Shown in pieces: positions 1 to 4,108 of a DNA stretch of 6,720 nucleotides. The translations under genes were made by a program, and so were the position numbers. The notes under the pieces were generated by a model. That model saw only the letters and a list, made by a program, of their open reading frames with translations, ran no database searches and was not told where the DNA came from. How positions within the stretch are numbered: the first letter of the stretch is position 1; each line of letters begins with the position of its first letter. Source of the DNA: a virus; IMG/VR virus record IMGVR_UViG_3300029856_000098, positions 1 to 6,720 of that record, one strand, 5' to 3'.

Positions 1-99
1 GGTCAGTAACAATCAACTGCATGGCAGCAGAAAGGGGAATGTGTTCACGGACTACAACAACAGTCGGTGTTTCTTCCTGAGTAGACAGAAATTTACGAG
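1..99. repeat. Terminal redundancy, copy 1 (identical to 6622-6720). It is a circular-permutation/assembly overlap, not a biological repeat.
   Basis: Base-by-base reading shows 1-99 (ggtcagtaacaatcaactgc...atttacgag) is identical to 6622-6720. Confidence 0.97.
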
Positions 100-169
100 T
101 TGTAAAAGTAACACGGGGTTCATTGTCTTGTGCTGTGACTGAACAGCAATCTACGTTTAATTTTACCAT
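1..169 (-). CDS. N-terminal part of a 74-aa junction-spanning hypothetical protein. The full ORF is 169..1 joined to 6621..6566 on the circle.
   Basis: Hand translation from ATG 169-167 gives MVKLNVDCCSVTAQDNEPRVTFTTRKFLSTQEETPTVVVVREHIPLSAAMQLIVTDRQLPDGMYEQYLIEPEDD, ending at TAA 6568-6566. The total is 225 nt and stays in frame across the junction. Its stop overlaps the start of the next gene (ATGACTAA). It is absent from the ORF track because the window cuts it. Confidence 0.55.
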   Translation of the reverse strand, partial: MVKLNVDCCSVTAQDNEPRVTFTTRKFLSTQEETPTVVVVREHIPLSAAMQLIVTD

Positions 170-181
170 AATGTAAAAATT

Positions 182-361
182 TTAAGTGAAACAAAAATTA
201 TTAGATAGGACTATCAGGTAATCATCCTGCATAAGTCCAGGTAGTTCAAAATTCACAAATAAAATATAATCATCAAGAGTTTCAAAGGTGCGATAAGAAA
301 TCTTATCCTTTTCATAGTTTAACATCACTTTCGGATATATCTTAGCATAAATGTACGGCAT
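182..361 (-). CDS. Hypothetical small protein, 59 aa.
   Basis: Hand translation from ATG 361-359, 2 nt after the VP4 stop, gives MPYIYAKIYPKVMLNYEKDKISYRTFETLDDYILFVNFELPGLMQDDYLIVLSNNFCFT, ending at TAA 184-182. It fills an otherwise empty gap in a very compact genome. It is not in the ORF track, probably because it is below the length cut-off. Confidence 0.5.
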   Translation of the reverse strand: MPYIYAKIYPKVMLNYEKDKISYRTFETLDDYILFVNFELPGLMQDDYLIVLSNNFCFT

Positions 362-363
362 AG

Positions 364-1761
364 TTACAAAGTTTCTTTATAAATAGCAAGAATATTCTCG
401 TTATCTGTTTTATATTTAACATATGTTATATCAATCTCAGGTTGCGTTGACATATATTCACTCATAAACTCGTGATGTTCACGCTTAGCAGAAGTCATCA
501 TTTTGTAATACTCGAGATCGAATTCGTAAGCATCAAGCATAGCCAAGAGAGGTTCAAGAATATGTTCCATGACGATAAGGCTATCTTCCTGATGAATAGC
601 ATAAAAGTTCTTCGCATTATCAAAAATAAAGCGAGGAAAACGTTCAACACAAGTGTCAAAATTGTAAAAAGGATACTTTTCCTGAAGACGTTTACGAGTT
701 ACATTAACTTCCTTGTCAGGCATACGAAGATGTATTTGCCAGAGACAAGCACGAAGTGACAAAAAGTAATCGGCAAGCTGAATAGTATCACGTATCTCTT
801 TTCGAATGAGCATAGAGGGGGTCGGATAAAGTTTCCGACGGAAATATGCAGGGATATACGAAGTAAAGCGTTCACCTGTGAACTTATCAACAATTTCAAC
901 AGTTAAAATATCAGGATTTTGGTAAAACCACATGACGTGATCAAGGCACCATTTATAGCCGAGACCGCCGCCGCGGCGGGAGGATAGATAAAAAGTTGGT
1001 TTACAACCTTTAGGGACATCACTTTCTTTACGCATGTATTTCATACAATATTGAATACCACCTTGAGTACAAGGTTTACAATAGACAAATCCGAGTTCAC
1101 CTACATAATCCCAATCAAAGCGATGAGCAAGTTTATTATAAACTCGTTTTCGAACAGACCAAGCTTGATGGACAACCTGATACACGTCCATAGCAGACAT
1201 GTGAATAGGCATATTCCACAAAATAAGATGATAATGAGGCAATTTCGTATGACTGCCATATTCAGCGGCGGCAAAATACCGAATTTTCTCATCATAGTTA
1301 TGGTCTCTAATAAGAATTTGACGCAAACGCTTAAGAAAATCTTGTACATGTTTTTTATCTACACCGTCCGCGGGACGGTGTATGGGATTGTAAGTGAGGG
1401 TGATAAAATAGGGGACAGAACGGGACGACTGCGTTTCAGCAACAGCTCGAAACATCCAATCGCGAGCGTTCCTCCTTCGACAAAGACCACATTTACGACA
1501 TGGAGTTGCAAGGAACATCGGTACGAAGTCACCATCGCGGTCAACGGCATAAAAACTGTCTTGCCATGACGCAAGGTTTTGAAAATCAATGTTTTTCGGT
1601 GAAAACAAGGCATACGGAAAGTTCCAACGCCATGCAGCGAGTTGCATTTCCGGTACAAAAGTTGCATTTCCATCATAAACATATTTTCCAGTTTGTAAAA
1701 GTGCATCCTTAAAAGCAGGATTTAAAATATATTTTGGTTTTTCACAAAGAATATCTGTCAT
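364..1761 (-). CDS. VP4: Replication initiation protein VP4, an HUH rolling-circle endonuclease of the phiX174 protein A class.
   Basis: The 465-aa product carries motif I FITLTY (aa 119-124, nt 1390-1407) and HUH motif II HYHLIL (aa 176-181, nt 1219-1236). The double-tyrosine motif III is YCMKYMRK (aa 238-245, nt 1027-1050; compare phiX174 A YVAKYVNK). It also has the Cys cluster PCRKCGLCRRRNARDW (aa 87-102) and SRRGGGLG (aa 261-268), both typical of microvirus Rep proteins. Confidence 0.93.
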   Translation of the reverse strand: MTDILCEKPKYILNPAFKDALLQTGKYVYDGNATFVPEMQLAAWRWNFPYALFSPKNIDFQNLASWQDSFYAVDRDGDFVPMFLATPCRKCGLCRRRNARDWMFRAVAETQSSRSVPYFITLTYNPIHRPADGVDKKHVQDFLKRLRQILIRDHNYDEKIRYFAAAEYGSHTKLPHYHLILWNMPIHMSAMDVYQVVHQAWSVRKRVYNKLAHRFDWDYVGELGFVYCKPCTQGGIQYCMKYMRKESDVPKGCKPTFYLSSRRGGGLGYKWCLDHVMWFYQNPDILTVEIVDKFTGERFTSYIPAYFRRKLYPTPSMLIRKEIRDTIQLADYFLSLRACLWQIHLRMPDKEVNVTRKRLQEKYPFYNFDTCVERFPRFIFDNAKNFYAIHQEDSLIVMEHILEPLLAMLDAYEFDLEYYKMMTSAKREHHEFMSEYMSTQPEIDITYVKYKTDNENILAIYKETL

Positions 1762-1784
1762 AGTTTTTAATTTTTAATTTTAAT

Positions 1785-1940
1785 TTGGGCGTTACCCCTA
1801 AAGGGGTCGGGCTATCCGCTCAAACAAATTCGCTTCGCGAATACTCGCTCCTATCCCTAACGCGCTTCGCTACGCTACGCAATGCATACGGAGGCGTCAT
1901 CCAAGATGACAGAGCGGTGTTCGCGCTACCGCGCTCACGA
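1785..1940. other. GC-rich, hairpin-dense non-coding island upstream of VP4.
   Basis: A hand count of 1791-1940 gives 85 G+C in 150 nt (about 57%), against roughly 30-40% in sampled coding lines. Hairpins: 1794-1807 (ACCCC taaa GGGGT), 1828-1842 (ATTCGC ttc GCGAAT), 1896-1910 (GTCATC caa GATGAC) and 1912-1936 (GAGC-GGT ... ACC-gc-GCTC). Confidence 0.7.
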
Positions 1941-1972
1941 TTTCATAATTTCCTTTTATCTCTCAAGATGTG

Positions 1973-1980
1973 CAAAGATA
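1973..1980 (-). promoter_or_regulatory. Candidate Bacteroidetes -7 promoter box TATCTTTG (TAnnTTTG) upstream of the VP4 leader. No good -33 TTTG partner.
   Basis: The plus strand reads caaagata, which is TATCTTTG on the minus strand followed by CA. This is identical to the -7 box at 2626-2633. No TTTG lies 19-21 nt upstream. Confidence 0.35.
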
Positions 1981-2009
1981 AAGTGTAGTTAAAAATATCG
2001 TTTATCAAC

Positions 2010-2063
2010 CTGTACCAAACTATGTTAAAGTCGCTACGCTTTGTTTAACATAGTTTACTACAG
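2010..2063. repeat. Long imperfect hairpin built on a perfect 13-bp inverted repeat whose arms resemble the XerD half of a dif site.
   Basis: Arms AAACTATGTTAAA (2017-2029) and TTTAACATAGTTT (2044-2056) enclose a 14-nt loop, gtcgctacgctttg. The stem extends by CTGT (2010-2013) pairing with ACAG (2060-2063) across a 3x3 internal loop (acc/act). CTATGTTAAAG and CTATGTTAAAC each match 9 of 11 positions of the E. coli XerD arm TTATGTTAAAT. Confidence 0.6.
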
Positions 2064-2152
2064 AACGCCAAACGCTATTTTTCCCTACGCATTGTTTTAT
2101 TGCACGTCTCGAAAGAAAAAAGGAAAAATATGCTTTGTTGTTTGCGATATAG

Positions 2153-2170
2153 AGAATAAGAATGAGAATG
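2153..2170. repeat. Three tandem hexamers, AGAATA AGAATG AGAATG.
   Basis: Read directly at 2153-2158, 2159-2164 and 2165-2170, within the non-coding region. Confidence 0.6.
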
Positions 2171-2179
2171 AACGCAAAC

Positions 2180-2240
2180 CGAAGTTGGAAACTTCGTAAG
2201 GCTGTAGCCTGATTGGGCGAGGGAGCGCAAGGCGCTCCTC
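2180..2240. other. Three consecutive stem-loops downstream of the 94-aa ORF. They could be a terminator or a complementary-strand origin.
   Basis: Stem-loop 1 is 2180-2196 (CGAAGTT gga AACTTCG, 7 bp). Stem-loop 2 is 2199-2210 (AGGCT..AGCCT). Stem-loop 3 is 2219-2240 (GA-g-GGAGCGC aag GCGCTCC-TC, 9 bp with one bulge, GC-rich). Confidence 0.6.
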
Positions 2241-2254
2241 ATTCAAATCTTTCA

Positions 2255-2281
2255 CACAAGCTGACCAATGTGTCAGTTGTG
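2255..2281. other. Stem-loop immediately 3' (on the virion-sense strand) of the phiX-like nick motif.
   Basis: CACAA-g-CTGAC caatgt GTCAG-TTGTG gives 5+5 bp with one bulged G (2260) and a 6-nt loop. Confidence 0.55.
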
Positions 2282-2287
2282 CTACAT

Positions 2288-2297
2288 ATATCAAGTT
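2288..2297 (-). promoter_or_regulatory. Candidate viral-strand replication origin nick site, AACTTGATAT. It matches 10 of 10 positions of the phiX174 origin core CAACTTG/ATATTAATAAC.
   Basis: The minus strand reads TAACTTGATATATGTAGC starting at the TAA stop of the 94-aa ORF (2298-2296). The predicted cleavage lies between G2292 and A2291. The motif is on the coding/virion-sense strand, at the edge of the large intergenic region, next to a hairpin. Confidence 0.45.
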
Positions 2298-2580
2298 AGT
2301 CAATGCTGGATGTTTCACCCAGTCCACAAGCTCGACGATAAAAATCGTCGTAGGATACAGTAAGTGTAACCTTTCGGTTACAAAATGATTTGTCAATAAT
2401 ACCTGCGACATAAAAATCATCATTAAGCTTTTCCTCGATAAGAGGCAAGGCATAAAGTGTCTCCGATGAAAAATTCAACTCAATCAGAGCACGTAAAAGA
2501 GTGTTAACAGGTAGATTTTCAACACAAACATAAAATGTTTTCTTTCTCCTAGCACTTTGTAATTGCAAAAGAATGTCCAT
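2296..2580 (-). CDS. Hypothetical 94-aa protein with its own promoter (moron-like accessory gene).
   Basis: The ORF MDILLQLQSARRKKTFYVCVENLP...ACGLGETSSID is preceded by a consensus Bacteroidetes promoter at 2626-2657 and followed by four hairpins. I recognise no family motif. Confidence 0.55.
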   Translation of the reverse strand: MDILLQLQSARRKKTFYVCVENLPVNTLLRALIELNFSSETLYALPLIEEKLNDDFYVAGIIDKSFCNRKVTLTVSYDDFYRRACGLGETSSID

Positions 2581-2625
2581 AATTGTAATGTTTTAAAGTT
2601 AATAGTCTTGTTTCTTTCAACACTA

Positions 2626-2657
2626 CAAAGATAGACATTCTTTATAATTTTACCAAA
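2626..2657 (-). promoter_or_regulatory. Bacteroidetes sigma-ABfr-type promoter, -33 TTTG / N20 / -7 TATCTTTG.
   Basis: The minus strand reads CTTTTG-GTAAAATTATAAAGAATGTC-TATCTTTG-TAGTG. TTTG is at 2657-2654, a hand-counted 20-nt spacer follows, and TAnnTTTG is at 2633-2626. It sits about 45 nt upstream of ATG 2580. Confidence 0.6.
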
Positions 2658-2670
2658 AGTTCTGTGTTAA

Positions 2671-3795
2671 CTAATCATAATATTCGTATGAAGTTTTCCG
2701 AGTAGTTACTCCACGATGCGTGGATGAGCTTTCAGATTTACTTTTAGGTTTACCTGAATTACTTGCGCGAGGGTTCGTAAAGGGAATAAATGTCGCAACA
2801 TCGTTTAAAATAGAATGAATCTGATTCATACTACGTTCAAAATCATTCCAATTCGAGTCCTGAGTAAGGTCAAAGCGGAGACGATCCGCTTCAGCGTTTA
2901 CCTTAAAGCCTAGATCCTGATAAAAAGAAGATAAGGCTTGATTTCGTTTCTCTTCAGATTTCATGAGAGGCAACTTACCAGAAAGTTCCAGAAGAGCAGC
3001 CTTAAGCTGTTCTTGAGAAACCTTAAGTTGACCTTGCAGGGTTTTTAACTTACCGTGTTCAATAAATGAATCCAAAGCAAAACGAACATGACGTTCCCAA
3101 ATACGATCATCAACATCAGCAGCTTGCGAAACCAAAAGATCAATTTCAGAATCAATCTTACTAATATTAGCGTTAATCTGTTCGACCATGCTACGAGATT
3201 GTGCAGCCTGAGAGTCATTAAGCTTAATTTCACTACCATTAACCAAAATAACACTTTTCATAGTGTCAAGCTGACCTTGATTAAATGCGTCACGAAACGA
3301 AGCATCAGAAGAAAGAATGTCATTTGTATGTTTCTGACCTTCGGTTTCAGCACTTGTCTTAGCTACCTGAGCAGATAAGGCAGTGTCCGCAAGAGCCTGT
3401 GAAGCAACACTTCCAATAGGTTTGTAACGATTCCATGCGGAAGTATCAGCAACAGGGCCAGAAGGAGTATGACCGCCTTGCGCCTGAATAGATGAACCTT
3501 GTAATGCACCATTAGTAGCATATAAATCAGGGTTAATATCTGCAGCTTTTAATCGAGCCTGAACGGCAGCAGGAGTATTATACTCATTATTAGCCTGCCA
3601 AAGCTTAAAATTCCAATCATTTTGAGCCTCACGTTCAGAGGTCTGCCATTTACGAGTTTTCTCAGCTTCTTCACGCGCCGCCGCGAGCTGTTTTTCAACA
3701 GATTGATTTTGAGAATGAGCACCAAATAAATTAGAGATGCCGGAAAGTGCGCCACCGATCAGCGCACTACCAGCACCTGCAAAAAAGCTTCCCAT
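2671..3795 (-). CDS. VP2: Minor capsid / DNA pilot protein VP2 (protein H analogue).
   Basis: The 374-aa product has the Gly/Ala-rich hydrophobic N-terminus MGSFFAGAGSALIGGALSGISNLFG typical of microvirus VP2. The middle is long, Q/A/E/K-rich and looks like coiled coil. Its position downstream of VP1 fits, and its start overlaps the upstream stop (TAATG). Confidence 0.75.
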   Translation of the reverse strand: MGSFFAGAGSALIGGALSGISNLFGAHSQNQSVEKQLAAAREEAEKTRKWQTSEREAQNDWNFKLWQANNEYNTPAAVQARLKAADINPDLYATNGALQGSSIQAQGGHTPSGPVADTSAWNRYKPIGSVASQALADTALSAQVAKTSAETEGQKHTNDILSSDASFRDAFNQGQLDTMKSVILVNGSEIKLNDSQAAQSRSMVEQINANISKIDSEIDLLVSQAADVDDRIWERHVRFALDSFIEHGKLKTLQGQLKVSQEQLKAALLELSGKLPLMKSEEKRNQALSSFYQDLGFKVNAEADRLRFDLTQDSNWNDFERSMNQIHSILNDVATFIPFTNPRASNSGKPKSKSESSSTHRGVTTRKTSYEYYD

Positions 3796-4106
3796 TACTC
3801 TAACTGTTTACGCTTTTCATTGTAGGCGGCTACAATCTTAGCGCGGGCATCACGTTGGGCATTCCAAATATCAGCTATATCCTGACCTCGACGATATTCG
3901 ACGGGAACAATCCAGGATTCCTCATCCATAAAGTCATCAGAAGGTAACTGCGAAATATTTTGAGAAGAAATAGGTACACCAGCTTTAGCAGCTTCGTACA
4001 TTTGGGCGGGAGTGTATGCAAGGTCACCACGTACAGGAAGTTCGCCTGGCTTCCGAGTACATGTACACGTGTGAGTGTTCCATGCGTGAATTACTACTTG
4101 TTTCAT
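3795..4106 (-). CDS. Hypothetical 103-aa protein between VP1 and VP2. A scaffolding or other structural accessory role is possible.
   Basis: The ORF starts 2 nt after the VP1 stop and overlaps the VP2 start by 1 nt, an arrangement consistent with translational coupling. It has a charged C-terminus (RDARAKIVAAYNEKRKQLE). I see no recognisable motif. Confidence 0.55.
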   Translation of the reverse strand: MKQVVIHAWNTHTCTCTRKPGELPVRGDLAYTPAQMYEAAKAGVPISSQNISQLPSDDFMDEESWIVPVEYRRGQDIADIWNAQRDARAKIVAAYNEKRKQLE

Positions 4107-4108
4107 AA

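Noticed and set aside
170-184. The 59-aa and 74-aa ORFs are in the same frame, separated only by TAA plus 12 nt, which raised the possibility of stop-codon readthrough or recoding.
   Set aside because: The downstream ORF has its own ATG. All long genes read cleanly with the standard code and end in TAA, or TAG for VP2. I know of no TAA reassignment in phages, so two separate genes is the simpler reading.
968-979. A perfect 12-nt all-GC palindrome, CCGCCGCGGCGG, inside VP4.
   Set aside because: It encodes the conserved Rep motif SRRGGGLG (Arg/Gly codons), so protein-coding constraint explains it. I see no evidence for a separate function.
1785-1988. Plus-strand 67-aa ORF (MGVTPKGVGLSAQ...) in the GC-rich island.
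   Set aside because: It is the only candidate on the strand opposite every real gene and lies entirely within the hairpin-dense GC-rich segment. It has no promoter or translational-coupling context, and open frames arise easily in GC-rich DNA. I treat it as non-coding.
2170-2245. The cluster of three adjacent hairpins looked superficially like a tRNA cloverleaf.
   Set aside because: The loops are only 2-4 nt. There is no acceptor stem, no 7-nt anticodon loop and no T-loop (GTTCRA) motif on either strand.
2097-2453. Minus-strand 118-aa ORF overlapping the 94-aa gene and running through the ori-like motif and hairpins.
   Set aside because: Its start lies deep inside the 94-aa ORF in another frame. 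The part downstream of 2296 has no internal Met and is made of hairpin, repeat and polypyrimidine sequence (FSFLFSISQ...FPFFF). This is more consistent with non-coding structure than with a protein.
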